Assembly: GCA_043822665.1 (NCBI GenBank)
Contig: JBDRBM010000042.1
Location: forward strand, 3,453 to 67,452
Length of the DNA: 64,000 nt
Source of the DNA: Candidatus Omnitrophota bacterium
GTDB lineage: Bacteria > Omnitrophota > Gorgyraeia > Gorgyraeales > Gorgyraeaceae
Direction of reading: 5' to 3'
A program made the translations under genes and the position numbers. Positions 39,365-50,104 of this stretch are shown here, piece after piece (the stretch's first letter is position 1; each line of letters starts with the position of its first letter). Under the pieces are notes generated by a model that was not told the DNA's origin, ran no database searches, and worked only from the letters and a program-made list of their open reading frames with translations.

Positions 39365-40330
39365 ATGCGGGGCAGAAACATCGTTTTTTGGTTGGTTGCA
39401 ATGTTGGTTTGCAGTTTTGTATGGGCCGCATCAGGGAGTGCAGCCTCTACTAAGTTTGTGGCAAGGGTAAATGGGGAAGGTATAAAGAAAGAGATACTTG
39501 ATACCGCTATGTCTAATTTTATCGAGAACCAGAAAATGTTCGGCAGAGAGGTTAAGGAGGAAGACAAGGCAAAGATCAGGAAGGATTTGCTTGAAAACAT
39601 GATTTCAGCGGAGCTGTTATATCAGGAAAGCAAAAAGGCAGGTCTTGGTGATTTGAGCAAAGAAGCTGATCAGCAGTTTGAAAATATAAAAAAAGGCTTT
39701 AATTCGAATGAAGAATTTGTAAAAGTTTTAAAAGAGAAAGGGATCACTGAAAAAGACCTCAAGGCGCAGATACAATACGGGATTTCTATCGAGAATTTTT
39801 TAGACAAGAAAGTTTATAACAATATTACTGTAGACGAAGCAGAAAAGAAGGCAGAGTATGAGAGCAACAAGGATAAGCTCAATGCCCCAGAGCAGGTGAA
39901 GGCTAGCCATATCCTTAAACTTGTCAAAGAAGACGCGAGTGACGAAGATAAAAAAGCAGCTCGCGAGGAAATAGATGAGTTAAGAAAAAAGGCTGTCTCA
40001 GGGGAGGATTTTGCGGAACTGGCCAAAGCAAATTCAGAAGATGGCTCAGCAGTTCGAGGCGGTGACCTGGGCTATTTCAGCAGAGGGCAGATGGTTAGGC
40101 CTTTTGAGGACGCAGCCTTTAGCATGGAAATAGGCGATATAAGTCCTGTGGTTGAAACCCAGTTTGGTTATCATGTTATAAAACTTACGGACAAAAAGCC
40201 CGCGCATCTTATGATCTATGACGAGGTAGAGAAGAACATCGAGGCTTTTTTGATGGATAAGCACAAGAAAGAAAAGATTGATAGTCTGGTGAATGATTTA
40301 AGGAAAAAGGCAAAGATAGAGATATATTGA
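39365..40330 (+). CDS. secreted parvulin-type peptidyl-prolyl isomerase (SurA/PrsA-like)
   Basis: Signal peptide RNIVFWLVAMLVCSFVWAASGSA; PpiC core ASHIL...GGDLGYFSRGQMVRPFEDAAFSM..G..SPVVETQFGYHVIKL. Confidence 0.8.
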   Translation: MRGRNIVFWLVAMLVCSFVWAASGSAASTKFVARVNGEGIKKEILDTAMSNFIENQKMFGREVKEEDKAKIRKDLLENMISAELLYQESKKAGLGDLSKEADQQFENIKKGFNSNEEFVKVLKEKGITEKDLKAQIQYGISIENFLDKKVYNNITVDEAEKKAEYESNKDKLNAPEQVKASHILKLVKEDASDEDKKAAREEIDELRKKAVSGEDFAELAKANSEDGSAVRGGDLGYFSRGQMVRPFEDAAFSMEIGDISPVVETQFGYHVIKLTDKKPAHLMIYDEVEKNIEAFLMDKHKKEKIDSLVNDLRKKAKIEIY

Positions 40331-40395
40331 TTTTTAATAGCTAAATTTAAGCAAACATGCGCCGAGGCCGAACCTCAGCGCATTGAGGGTTTACA

Positions 40396-42048
40396 ATGAA
40401 AAGTGATATTATAAAAAAAGGTGTTTCAAGAGCAGGGAATAGGGCTTTATTGTATGCCACAGGTGCGTGTTCCAGAGATTTTAACAAACCCTTCATCGGA
40501 ATTGCTTCCGGGTTTACTGACCTTATTCCGGGTCATATACACATGAGGGGCCTTGAGCGCGCTATAGAGAACGGAGTCTATGCCGCAGGAGGAAAACCGT
40601 TTGTTTTTGGCGTTCCTGGAATATGCGATGGTATCGCAATGGGTCATTTTGGGATGAGATATTCACTTGCCTCCAGAGAGCTTATCGCTGATATAGTAGA
40701 AACAATGGCAGGCGCATATGCCCTAGACGGCCTTGTGCTTTTGACCAATTGCGATAAGATTACGCCTGGCATGCTCATGGGCTGCGCAAGAGTTAATATA
40801 CCTTCAATAGTTGTGACAGCAGGCCCTATGCTTACAGGCCGCTATAAAGGTAGAAGGCTGGATCTTGTCCGTGATACCTTTGAGGCAGTGGGAAGATACA
40901 AAAAGGGAGAGATCTCCAAAGAAGAACTGGCAGAGCTGGAGATGCGGGCATGTCCTGGGCCTGGTTCTTGTCAGGGGCTTTTTACCGCAAATACAATGAG
41001 CTGTTTAACCGAGACAATAGGCATGTCTTTGCCTGGATGCGCAACATCTATGGCAGTTTCCAGTAAAAAATCCAGGATAGCGTTTGAAAGCGGCGAGAAG
41101 ATAGTGGGCCTTGTTAAAAATAATATAAAACCACGCGGAATACTGACGAAAAATGCGTTTTTGAATGCGATTATGGTTGACATGGCCTTAGGCGGATCTA
41201 CAAATACAGTTTTACACCTGACAGCCATTGCAAAAGAGGCAGGTATTAGCCTTGACCTTGATTTGTTTGATAAGATTAGCCTAAAGACGCCTAAGATAGC
41301 GGATTTAAGGCCGGGTGGTGAATATTTTCTTGAAGACCTGGAGATGGCAGGGGGGATCCCTGCTGTTTTGAACAGGCTGGAATCGAGACTTAAAGATAAT
41401 CCTACAGTGAGCGGTTTATTAGTAAAAAAGATAGCTCGTTCAGCTGTGATTGAAGATGAAGAAATTATAAGGCCTTTGAGCAATCCTTACAAAGAAGAAG
41501 GTGGTATTGCCATATTGAGGGGCAATATTGCGCCTGAAGGAGGGGTTGTAAAACAGGGTGCGGTCAATGAAGATTCAATGGTTTTTGCAGGCAAAGCAAA
41601 GGTCTTTGACTCTGAAGAAGAGGCAATGGATGCGATCTTGAGAGACAAAGTAAGAAAAGGCGATGTAGTAGTCATAAGATACGAAGGCCCTAACGGTGGC
41701 CCCGGAATGAGGGAAATGCTGTCACCGACATCTGCTATAGTTGGAATGGGCCTATCTGACGATGTCGCGCTTATAACAGATGGAAGATTTTCAGGCGGGA
41801 CAAGAGGCCCTTGCATAGGGCATATTTCTCCTGAGGCGTCAAAAGGCGGACCAATAGCTATAATAAGGAATAATGACAGTATTCGGATAGATATAGGAAA
41901 GAGGCGCATCGATATAGCGCTTAGCGGCACAGAGATAAAAAGGCGCCTAAGAGCGTGGAAGGCACCTAAGCCAAAGGTGCGAGAAGGCTGGCTTTCGAGG
42001 TATGCAAAATTTGTTTCATCAGCCAGTAAAGGAGCAGTGTTAGAATAG
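40396..42048 (+). CDS. ilvD: dihydroxy-acid dehydratase
   Basis: The IlvD/Edd motifs [38 protein letters not shown] and [11 protein letters not shown] are present. Confidence 0.95.
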   Translation: MKSDIIKKGVSRAGNRALLYATGACSRDFNKPFIGIASGFTDLIPGHIHMRGLERAIENGVYAAGGKPFVFGVPGICDGIAMGHFGMRYSLASRELIADIVETMAGAYALDGLVLLTNCDKITPGMLMGCARVNIPSIVVTAGPMLTGRYKGRRLDLVRDTFEAVGRYKKGEISKEELAELEMRACPGPGSCQGLFTANTMSCLTETIGMSLPGCATSMAVSSKKSRIAFESGEKIVGLVKNNIKPRGILTKNAFLNAIMVDMALGGSTNTVLHLTAIAKEAGISLDLDLFDKISLKTPKIADLRPGGEYFLEDLEMAGGIPAVLNRLESRLKDNPTVSGLLVKKIARSAVIEDEEIIRPLSNPYKEEGGIAILRGNIAPEGGVVKQGAVNEDSMVFAGKAKVFDSEEEAMDAILRDKVRKGDVVVIRYEGPNGGPGMREMLSPTSAIVGMGLSDDVALITDGRFSGGTRGPCIGHISPEASKGGPIAIIRNNDSIRIDIGKRRIDIALSGTEIKRRLRAWKAPKPKVREGWLSRYAKFVSSASKGAVLE

Positions 42049-42060
42049 CGGATAGTAGTA

Positions 42061-42100
42061 GTAGGTGACCCTTAAGGGTCACCTACAATTGTGAATAACT
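42061..42100. repeat. REP-like palindrome, GTAGG..CCTAC family, copy c
   Basis: GTAGGTGACCCTTAAGGGTCACCTAC (perfect 26-bp palindrome) plus the tail AATTGTGAATAACT. Confidence 0.85.
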
Positions 42101-42118
42101 TGTAAGGAAATTCTTATC

Positions 42119-43789
42119 ATGAAGATGACAGGTGCTAAAATCTTTATAGAGTCCCTCAAAAAAGAGGGCGTTGAGGTTATGTTTGGTTATCCTGGCGGAG
42201 TGGTCCTGCCTATTTTTGACGCCTTGTATGACGGCGATATAAAGTTTATATTGACGAGGCATGAGCAGGGCGCTGCGCACGCAGCGGATGGATATGCCCG
42301 CGCAACAGGAAAGGTAGGGGTGTGCCTTGCTACTTCAGGTCCTGGCGCTACAAATCTTATTACAGGACTTGCGACAGCTAACATGGATTCTGTGCCTATA
42401 GTTGCTTTTACCGGACAGGTAAAGACCTCGCTTATAGGAAACGACGCATTTCAGGAGGTAGATGTCAGCGGAATAACCCGCCCTATTTCAAAACACAATT
42501 ATCTGGTGAGGGATATAAACAAATTGACGACAGTTATAAAAAATGCTTTTCATATAGCTTCGACCGGCAGGCCCGGTGTAGTGGTAGTGGATTTACCAGT
42601 GGATGTGCAGTTTCAGGAAACAGACTTTTATTATCCTGAAAAATTGGATATAAGAGGATATAAACCTACCTGCAAGGGGCATATCGGCCAGATAAAAAGG
42701 GCCTGTAAATTAATTGCTAATAGCCATCGGCCAGTGCTTTATCTGGGCGGAGGCGTGATTATTTCTGGTGCGCACGGAGAGATTTTTGAATTTGTAAAAA
42801 AGACAGAGATACCTGTTACTATGACGCTCATGGGGCTAGGCGCATTTCCAGGTACTCACAAACTTTCGCTCGGTATGCTAGGCATGCACGGCACTGCCTA
42901 TGCAAATCATGCTATCCAGGAATCAGATCTTATCATAGCTGTAGGCGCGAGGTTTGACGACAGGGTGACTGGAAAGATAGAAGAATTCGCACCTAACGCA
43001 AAAATAATCCATTTAGATATAGACCCCTGTGCGATAAGTAAAAACGTAAAAGTGGACGTACCTATAGTGGGCGATGTTAAATGTGTATTCGGCGATATTT
43101 TGAAATATGTCAAAAAACCAGATATATCCGGCTGGCATAAACAGATTGAGGCATGGCAGAAAAAATACCCCCTTACATATAAAGATGATTCTAAGTTGCG
43201 GCCGCAGTATGTCGTGGAGGAGATATATAATCTGACAAAAGGAAATGCCATTATCACGACAGAGGTTGGCCAGAATCAGATGTGGGCCGCGCAGTTTTAT
43301 AAATATGACAAACCCAGGCAGTTTATATCGAGCGGTGGACTTGGCACGATGGGATATGGTTTCCCTGCCGCGATAGGCGCCCAGATCGGATGCCCTAAAA
43401 GAACCGTGTTTGATATAGCTGGAGACGGAAGTATACAGATGAATATACAGGAGTTGACAACAGCTGTTGTCAATAAGCTTCCTGTAAAGATTGCTATATT
43501 GAATAACGGATGCCTGGGGATGGTGCGGCAATGGCAGGAGCTTTTTTATAAAAAGAGATACTCTCATACAATATTAGAGAGGAGCCCTGATTTTGTTAAA
43601 CTTGCCGAGGCATATGGCGCGGTTGGCATGAGGATAACAAAGAAAAAAGACGTAAAAAAGGCTATAAAAGAGGCCTTAAGCATAAATAGGCCTGTAATGA
43701 TGGATTTTCAGGTAGAGCCTGAGGAAAACGTATTTCCAATGGTACCGGCAGGCCAAGCGATAAACAAGATGATAGGTGTGCTTGCATAA
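42119..43789 (+). CDS. ilvB: acetolactate synthase large (catalytic) subunit
   Basis: ThDP enzyme with [19 protein letters not shown], the ThDP-binding [14 protein letters not shown] motif, and [15 protein letters not shown]. Confidence 0.93.
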   Translation: MKMTGAKIFIESLKKEGVEVMFGYPGGVVLPIFDALYDGDIKFILTRHEQGAAHAADGYARATGKVGVCLATSGPGATNLITGLATANMDSVPIVAFTGQVKTSLIGNDAFQEVDVSGITRPISKHNYLVRDINKLTTVIKNAFHIASTGRPGVVVVDLPVDVQFQETDFYYPEKLDIRGYKPTCKGHIGQIKRACKLIANSHRPVLYLGGGVIISGAHGEIFEFVKKTEIPVTMTLMGLGAFPGTHKLSLGMLGMHGTAYANHAIQESDLIIAVGARFDDRVTGKIEEFAPNAKIIHLDIDPCAISKNVKVDVPIVGDVKCVFGDILKYVKKPDISGWHKQIEAWQKKYPLTYKDDSKLRPQYVVEEIYNLTKGNAIITTEVGQNQMWAAQFYKYDKPRQFISSGGLGTMGYGFPAAIGAQIGCPKRTVFDIAGDGSIQMNIQELTTAVVNKLPVKIAILNNGCLGMVRQWQELFYKKRYSHTILERSPDFVKLAEAYGAVGMRITKKKDVKKAIKEALSINRPVMMDFQVEPEENVFPMVPAGQAINKMIGVLA

Positions 43790-43842
43790 GTATGTCTTGC
43801 CGAGGCCAAACCTAGGCAACGAGACTTGGCAGGGAGGCAGTA

Positions 43843-44316
43843 GTGAAAAAGACAATCTCAGTGTTGGTTGAAAATCATTTTGGTGTCTTGACGCATGTCT
43901 CAGGGCTTTTCAGCGCGCGCGGGTTTAATATTGACAGCCTTACAGTAGGTGAGACAGAAGATCCTACGATTTCAAGGATGACCATTGTAGTTGACGGGGA
44001 TGAAAAGACTTTGGAGCAGGTCAAAAAACAGCTCAATAGGCTTATCGATATTATAAAAGTAATTGATCTCACGGATGAAGATTTTGTAGATAGAGAACTT
44101 GTGCTTGTTAAAGCTAAGATAAGTAATAAAAACAGGCCTGAGATATTGCATATTGCGGATACGTTCCATGCAAAGATAGACGATGTAGAAAAGGAAACAG
44201 TTGTTATTGAAGTTAGCGGCGATCAGAACAAGGTCAGGTCTTTTATAGAGATAATGAAGCCGTTTGGTATCTTGGAAATAGTACGGACTGGACGGATAGC
44301 TATGGGCAGGAAATAG
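43843..44316 (+). CDS. ilvN: acetolactate synthase small (regulatory) subunit
   Basis: An ACT domain starts the protein ([32 protein letters not shown]). It has a GTG start and follows ilvB. Confidence 0.9.
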   Translation: MKKTISVLVENHFGVLTHVSGLFSARGFNIDSLTVGETEDPTISRMTIVVDGDEKTLEQVKKQLNRLIDIIKVIDLTDEDFVDRELVLVKAKISNKNRPEILHIADTFHAKIDDVEKETVVIEVSGDQNKVRSFIEIMKPFGILEIVRTGRIAMGRK

Positions 44317-44327
44317 AAAAGGAGGGT

Positions 44328-45323
44328 ATGGAAGTGACAAAGATGTATTATGACAAAGATGCTGATTTAAATGTTTTAAAGGGCAAGAAGATTGCGATTA
44401 TCGGATACGGTATTCAGGGCCGTGGCCAGGCATTAAATCTGCGTAACAGCGGGCTTGATGTAATAGTCAGCGAACTGGAAGGAACGGAAAATTATAAGAC
44501 AGCCGAAAACGACGGATTTAAGCCTGTATCAGCGGTTGAAGCCGCCAAACAGGCTGATGTCATACAGATCCTTACTCAAGACCATGTGCAGGCAAAGGTT
44601 TATAAGCAGTCAATAGAGCCAAGCCTTAAAAAAGGAAAAGCGCTCTTATTTTCACACGGTTTTAATATACACTTTAAGCAGATAGTCCCGCCCAAGGATG
44701 TAGATGTCCTAATGGTAGCGCCCAAGGGCCCGGGCGCTCTGGTGAGGCAGATGTACGAGGAGAAAAAAGGAGTACCGTGTCTTTTAGCTGTTTATCAGGA
44801 TGCGAGCGGAAAGGCAAAAGATATAGGCCTTGCATACGCAAAAGGCATTGGCGGCACAAGGGCAGGCGTAATCGAGACTACTTTTAAAGAAGAGACAGAG
44901 ACAGATCTTTTCGGAGAGCAGACTGTTTTGTGCGGCGGGGTAAGCGAACTTATCAAGGCAGGATTTGAGACACTGGTGAACGCTGGCTACAAACCAGAGA
45001 TAGCTTATTTCGAATGTCTGCACGAATTAAAGCTCATAACGGATTTGATTTACAAAGTTGGTATTCAGGGTATGAGAAAGAGGGTTTCGGATACAGCGGA
45101 ATACGGTGACCTTACAAGGGGTAAGAGGATTATAACTTTAGAGACACGTAAGGAAATGAAAAAGATACTGGAAGAGGTCCAGTCCGGGAAATTCGCAGAG
45201 GAATGGATAAAGGAAAACGAAAAAGGCAGGCCTCTATACAATAAACTTTCAAAGGCTGATGATAGTCACCCTATTGAGGTAATTGGCAAGAAGTTGCGCG
45301 GGATGATGGATTGGATTAAATAA
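44328..45323 (+). CDS. ilvC: ketol-acid reductoisomerase (class I)
   Basis: YYDKDADL, the Rossmann motif [21 protein letters not shown], and [11 protein letters not shown]. The true start may be ATG 44343 (MYYDKD). Confidence 0.93.
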   Translation: MEVTKMYYDKDADLNVLKGKKIAIIGYGIQGRGQALNLRNSGLDVIVSELEGTENYKTAENDGFKPVSAVEAAKQADVIQILTQDHVQAKVYKQSIEPSLKKGKALLFSHGFNIHFKQIVPPKDVDVLMVAPKGPGALVRQMYEEKKGVPCLLAVYQDASGKAKDIGLAYAKGIGGTRAGVIETTFKEETETDLFGEQTVLCGGVSELIKAGFETLVNAGYKPEIAYFECLHELKLITDLIYKVGIQGMRKRVSDTAEYGDLTRGKRIITLETRKEMKKILEEVQSGKFAEEWIKENEKGRPLYNKLSKADDSHPIEVIGKKLRGMMDWIK

Positions 45324-45327
45324 ATGA

Positions 45328-45368
45328 GGACGTGACTTACGGAACAAAGTGAACGTAAGTCACTGTCC
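45328..45368 (+). terminator. strong hairpin between ilvC and leuA (terminator or mRNA-stabiliser)
   Basis: GGACGTGACTTACG pairs with CGTAAGTCAC(T)GTCC, giving 14 bp with one bulge and a 12-nt loop. Only a weak U tract (AATTTAT) follows. Confidence 0.5.
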
Positions 45369-45406
45369 GAATTTATCCCGAAGGCGCGGGGCGCCTGAGG
45401 GATCTC

Positions 45407-46945
45407 ATGAATATGAAGAAAATAATAATTTTCGATACAACTTTAAGAGATGGTGAGCAATCACCCGGCGCAAGTCTGGATATAAAGGCAAAGATAGAGA
45501 TAGCAAAACAGCTGGCCAGGCTGGGCGTGGACGTGATAGAGGCAGGTTTTCCAATAGCGTCAAAAGGGGACTTTAACGCAGTGCATGAAGTAGCATCAGT
45601 GGTTGACGGACCTGTGATATGCGGCCTTGCCAGGGCCAAAAAAGAAGATATAGATACTTGCATAAAAGCGGTCAAGCCTGCTAAGATGCCTCGTATACAT
45701 GTGTTTCTGGCTACCTCTAAGATACACATGAAATATAAACTCAAGAAGGCAGAGGAAGAAATATTAAAGCAGGCCGAAGAGTTTGTCAGATATGCGCGCA
45801 AATTCTGCAGCGATGTTGAATTTTCTCCGGAAGATGCCTCACGTTCGGATATAGACTTTTTGTGCCGCGTCGTAGAGACAGTGATAATGGCAGGGGCAAA
45901 GACAGTCAATATCCCTGATACAGTGGGTTATTCCATGCCCTTGGAATTCAGCTCCCTTATAAGGACCATAAAGACAAAGGTGCCAAACTCAGGTAAGGCT
46001 ATATTGAGTGTTCATTGCCATAATGACCTTGGATTAGCAGTCAGTAACTCTCTGGCAGCTATTCAGAACGGCGCCGAGCAGGTAGAGTGCACTATAAACG
46101 GGCTCGGAGAGAGAGCAGGAAATGCTTCTCTGGAAGAAATTGTAATGGCGCTGAATACCAGAAAAGATTTATTTCACTGTACCACGTCCATAAAGACGCC
46201 GGAGCTTTATAAAACCAGCCGCCTTGTAAGCAAGCTTACGGGTATAGTTGTCCAGCCTAACAAGGCAATAGTCGGCCAAAATGCGTTTAGTCATGAATCA
46301 GGCATTCACCAGGACGGTATTTTAAAAAAGAGGACTACGTATGAGATCATGAAACCTGAAGATGTTGGTTTTGGCGCTACCCGGCTTGTTTTGGGCAAAC
46401 ATTCAGGTAAACACGCGTTTGAAGATAGATTGAAAAAATTAGGCGTCGAACTCAGCGAAAGTGATTTGGTTAAGGCCTTTCAGCGGTTTAAAGACCTGGC
46501 AGACAAGAAAAAAGAGGTGTTTGATGAGGATTTGCTGGCCATAGTTGAAGACGAGATAATCTCTATACCAGAGACTTACAGGATAAGCGGGTTTGAGTAT
46601 AAGAGCGGGAAAGATATCGAACCTTATGCCGTAATAGAGCTTACAAAAGGCAAGATTGTAAAAAAAGAATCCTCGTCAGGAGATGGGCCTGTAGATGCCT
46701 GTTACAGGGCCATTGAAAAAATAACAGGCCTGAAATTCAAATTGCTGGATTATTCCCTTAAGTCCACAACAAGCGGAAAAGATGCATTGGGAGAGGTATC
46801 TGTTCGGGTTGCGTCTGGTTCTGGATTAGAGGTTTCGGGCAGAGGCGTTTCCACAGATATCGTAGAATCAAGCGCAAAGGCCTATGTGAATGCCTTAAAC
46901 AAATTTGTTTTTACCAAGACGCAAAAGGCTAAGTTGAAACTATAA
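45407..46945 (+). CDS. leuA: 2-isopropylmalate synthase (LeuA/CimA family)
   Basis: IFDTTLRDGEQSPG at the N-terminus and HCHNDLGLAVSNSLAA, with a C-terminal LeuA-dimer regulatory domain. I cannot separate leuA from citramalate synthase by eye. Confidence 0.85.
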   Translation: MNMKKIIIFDTTLRDGEQSPGASLDIKAKIEIAKQLARLGVDVIEAGFPIASKGDFNAVHEVASVVDGPVICGLARAKKEDIDTCIKAVKPAKMPRIHVFLATSKIHMKYKLKKAEEEILKQAEEFVRYARKFCSDVEFSPEDASRSDIDFLCRVVETVIMAGAKTVNIPDTVGYSMPLEFSSLIRTIKTKVPNSGKAILSVHCHNDLGLAVSNSLAAIQNGAEQVECTINGLGERAGNASLEEIVMALNTRKDLFHCTTSIKTPELYKTSRLVSKLTGIVVQPNKAIVGQNAFSHESGIHQDGILKKRTTYEIMKPEDVGFGATRLVLGKHSGKHAFEDRLKKLGVELSESDLVKAFQRFKDLADKKKEVFDEDLLAIVEDEIISIPETYRISGFEYKSGKDIEPYAVIELTKGKIVKKESSSGDGPVDACYRAIEKITGLKFKLLDYSLKSTTSGKDALGEVSVRVASGSGLEVSGRGVSTDIVESSAKAYVNALNKFVFTKTQKAKLKL

Positions 46946-47006
46946 AAAAGCATTCCGGACACGTAGATTGACCTATGCGGATGGAATGGTAACATAGAAG
47001 AAGCGG

Positions 47007-47036
47007 GGCGGATGTGCGTGTCCGCCTTTATGTTTG
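47007..47036 (+). terminator. intrinsic terminator-like hairpin after leuA
   Basis: GGCGGA-TGTGCGTG-TCCGCC followed by TTTATGTTTGT. It abuts the aroE ATG. Confidence 0.5.
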
Positions 47037-47037
47037 T

Positions 47038-47916
47038 ATGGACAGATACGGTGTTATAGGATGGCCGATAGAACATAGCTTATCTCCCGCAATGCAAAAT
47101 GCGGCATTTAATGCATTGGGTATTGAGGCGAAATATGAAAAGATTCCTATAGAACCACGACTGCTTGAAGATTTCCTGCTTAACAATAAAGAATATAAAG
47201 GTTTTAATATAACAGTACCGCATAAAGTAAAGGCAAGAGAGATACTTCAAAAAAAATTTAATACAGCTAAAACCCTGTCATATCCGCATTATGATAAACT
47301 GTCAGGAGCTGTAAATACAGTTAAAAGGAGTGGCGGCGATTTAGAATATTGTAATACTGATCCTATTGGGTTTCGTCATTCGTTAGAAGAGGATTTAGGC
47401 TTTAAAACAACAGGAAAAAACGTTATAGTGATTGGCTGCGGAGGGGCGGGCAGAGCTATTGTTTCTGATTTAAGTGATAGCGCTCATCGTATAAGAAAAA
47501 TATATCTCTATGATATAGACAGAGAGGCAGTTGATTCTATGCAAAGACATCTCTCAGATGTCTTGCCGGATTGGAATAAAGGAATAGAGTTTATCAGAGA
47601 AAGCGAGATATCCGGAAAAATAGAGATATGTCAGTTATTGATTAACACTTCTCCTGTAGGCATGAGGGAAGGAGATCCTTCACCCATAGATAGGAGGCTT
47701 TTAAGACGAGATTTATATATTTATGATGTGGTTTATAATAGAGAGACGCAGCTTGTTAGAGATGCGATATCAGCAGGCGCTCCGGCTGTTACAGGTAAAG
47801 GGATGCTCGCTGCTCAAGGCGCCTTTGCCTTCTCTTTTTGGACAGGATGCAAACCAGCTGATGTCATAGGTACAATGAAAGATGCTCTATCCAAGGCATT
47901 AACAAGCTTAACTTGA
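47038..47916 (+). CDS. aroE: shikimate 5-dehydrogenase
   Basis: The N-terminus YGVIGWPIEHSLSPAMQNAAF and the Rossmann motif VIGCGGAGRA are present. The last three codons and the TGA stop lie inside repeat copy C. Confidence 0.88.
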   Translation: MDRYGVIGWPIEHSLSPAMQNAAFNALGIEAKYEKIPIEPRLLEDFLLNNKEYKGFNITVPHKVKAREILQKKFNTAKTLSYPHYDKLSGAVNTVKRSGGDLEYCNTDPIGFRHSLEEDLGFKTTGKNVIVIGCGGAGRAIVSDLSDSAHRIRKIYLYDIDREAVDSMQRHLSDVLPDWNKGIEFIRESEISGKIEICQLLINTSPVGMREGDPSPIDRRLLRRDLYIYDVVYNRETQLVRDAISAGAPAVTGKGMLAAQGAFAFSFWTGCKPADVIGTMKDALSKALTSLT

Positions 47917-48097
47917 TATAGTAGGAAATTCCTTTTTAAGTCGTTGTAGGGGCGTCATTTATGGCGCCCGTTGATGCGGGTCGGATGAATCCGACCCCTA
48001 CAAAGTTCGCCCGAAGGGCGTTAAATTTACGATTCTTACATTGTAAGTTTTGTCAACTCTGAGCAAGGCCAAAGGCCGCGTCGAAGGGTCAAGTTAA
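47907..48097 (+). repeat. modular repeat, copy C (full length, with a nested CTGAGC..GTCGAAGGG mini-element in its right end)
   Basis: CTTAACTTGATATAGTAGGAAATTCCTTTTTAAG...GGGTCGGATGAATCCGACCC...CGATTCTTACATTGTAAGTTTTGTCAA, then the insert 48057-48087, then TCAAGTTAAG. Confidence 0.9.
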
Positions 48098-48101
48098 GGG
48101 A

Positions 48102-48968
48102 GTGTTGAGTTTTGTTATGGGATATTTGTTTATTTTTATATTAGGTTTGATCATAGGTAGTTTTCTAAACGTCTGCATATACAGGATACCGCGTAAAGAG
48201 TCTATTATCTTTCCTGGCTCGAAATGCGCGTCATGCAGAAAACCCATACCATGGCATGACAATATACCTTTATTAAGCTATATGTTACTCAAAGCGAGAT
48301 GCAGAGTTTGCAAGGCCAGGATCTCTTTCAGGTATTTTGTAGTTGAATTGATAAGCGCCGCAGCCTTTTTGATATTGTTTGTGATTTTTGGAATTACGGC
48401 CAGATTTTATATATACAGTTTATTGACGTTTGCGCTTATCGTGGTTACTTTTATAGATTTTGAATTCCAGGTTATACCCGATAGGATTAGTATCGGCGGA
48501 ATTCTGTTAGGTATTATATTGAGCGCTTTCTTTCCTGCATTGCACGGCAGTTATTTATGGAAAAATAGTATTGTAAAATCTATATTAGGTATCTTAACAG
48601 GCGGAGGTATTATATATTTTACAAGATTGTTTTTCAATATTGTTTTATTATGGATTCGCAGAACGGGTTATTATCTGAGAAGCAATCCATATTGGCGAAA
48701 AAGACTTTCTAGATATCGCCATGTAAAAGATTCAATGGGTATGGGAGATGTAAAGCTCATGGCTATGCTAGGGGCTTTTTTAGGATGGGAAAAGGCAATA
48801 GCGATATTTTTAATTGCCCCTTTTTGCGGGATTTTTTCAGCCATTTATCTTTTAGTCAAAAAGAAAGCCCTTGTTACGCCGTATGGGCCATATATTTCAA
48901 TGGCCGCTTTTTTAGTTATTATTTTTTGGCAACAGGGCCAGGACGTGTTGCATAGATTGTTATTTTGA
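48102..48968 (+). CDS. pilD: prepilin peptidase (A24 family, PilD-like)
   Basis: An N-terminal zinc motif (CASCRKPI...CRVCKARI) and a polytopic body with GMGDVKLMAMLGAFLGW (catalytic Asp context) are present. The GTG 48102 start has an alternative at ATG 48117. Confidence 0.85.
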   Translation: MLSFVMGYLFIFILGLIIGSFLNVCIYRIPRKESIIFPGSKCASCRKPIPWHDNIPLLSYMLLKARCRVCKARISFRYFVVELISAAAFLILFVIFGITARFYIYSLLTFALIVVTFIDFEFQVIPDRISIGGILLGIILSAFFPALHGSYLWKNSIVKSILGILTGGGIIYFTRLFFNIVLLWIRRTGYYLRSNPYWRKRLSRYRHVKDSMGMGDVKLMAMLGAFLGWEKAIAIFLIAPFCGIFSAIYLLVKKKALVTPYGPYISMAAFLVIIFWQQGQDVLHRLLF

Positions 48969-48982
48969 AACGGAGGTGTGTT

Positions 48983-50104
48983 ATGCTCAGGTTTTTAACC
49001 GCCGGAGAATCTCATGGCGAAGCGCTTGTGGGGATATTGGAAGGCATGCCTTCTGGAATTAAAATAGACAATGATTACGTAAATAGAGAGCTTCAGAGGC
49101 GGCAGGGAGGATACGGGAGAGGAGATAGAATGAAAATAGAGAAAGATGAAGCAAGAATTCTCTCAGGCCTTATAAAAGGTATTACAATAGGAAGTCCGGT
49201 GTCGATTTTGATAGAAAATAAAGATTTTTCTATAGATAAACTGGCTGATATCAAAAATCCCAGGCCAGGGCATGCAGACCTTACAGGAGTCTTGAAATAT
49301 GGATTTGACAATGCTCGTCCTGTGCTTGAAAGGGCCTCAGCCAGAGAAAGCGCTATGAGGGTTGCCATAGGGGCTGTTTGCAAATCGCTCATTTCAGAAT
49401 TCAATATTCGAATATTAAGCCATGTTGTGATGATTGGCGGAGTAGAATCTCACACAGCCAGCCTGAGTTTTGATGAGATAATAAAAAACCTTGCTGATTC
49501 AAAATTAAACTGCGCTGATCGCGCATCTGAAAAATTAATGATAGAAGAGATTAATAACGCTAGTGAGAAAAAAGATACCCTTGGAGGGATCTTTGAGGTG
49601 ATAGTGGATGGTGTGCCAGCAGGACTTGGGAGTTATGTTCATTACGACAGGCGCTTGGATGTTGAGCTTGCCAAAGCGCTGATGTCCATACCAGCTGTAA
49701 AGGCTGTTGAGATAGGCAATGGCTGCGAGGCTTCTAAAAAACTTGGCTCCAAGGTGCATGACGAGATATTTTATTCCGAGGCAAAAGGCGTATATAGAAA
49801 GACAAATAATGCCGGCGGTATCGAAGGCGGTATGTCGAATGGCGAGAATATCGTAGCGCGTGGTTATATGAAACCAATAAGCACGCTGATGAAGGGTTTG
49901 AATACAATAGACATAGATACAAAAGAGGCTGTAAAAGCCGCGACAGAGCGTTCTGATGTCTGCGTTGTGCCAGCCGCAGGTATCATAGGCGAGGCAATGG
50001 TCGCGTTTGTGATTAGTAATGTTCTATTGGAAAAATTCGGCGGCGATAATATTTTAGAAATAAAGAAGAGTTACGAGCATTACATTAACAGTTTAAAAGT
50101 TTAA
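48983..50104 (+). CDS. aroC: chorismate synthase
   Basis: MLRFLTAGESHGEALVGILEGMP at the N-terminus, then GGYGRGDRMKIE, RPGHADL and ERASARE motifs. Confidence 0.93.
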   Translation: MLRFLTAGESHGEALVGILEGMPSGIKIDNDYVNRELQRRQGGYGRGDRMKIEKDEARILSGLIKGITIGSPVSILIENKDFSIDKLADIKNPRPGHADLTGVLKYGFDNARPVLERASARESAMRVAIGAVCKSLISEFNIRILSHVVMIGGVESHTASLSFDEIIKNLADSKLNCADRASEKLMIEEINNASEKKDTLGGIFEVIVDGVPAGLGSYVHYDRRLDVELAKALMSIPAVKAVEIGNGCEASKKLGSKVHDEIFYSEAKGVYRKTNNAGGIEGGMSNGENIVARGYMKPISTLMKGLNTIDIDTKEAVKAATERSDVCVVPAAGIIGEAMVAFVISNVLLEKFGGDNILEIKKSYEHYINSLKV

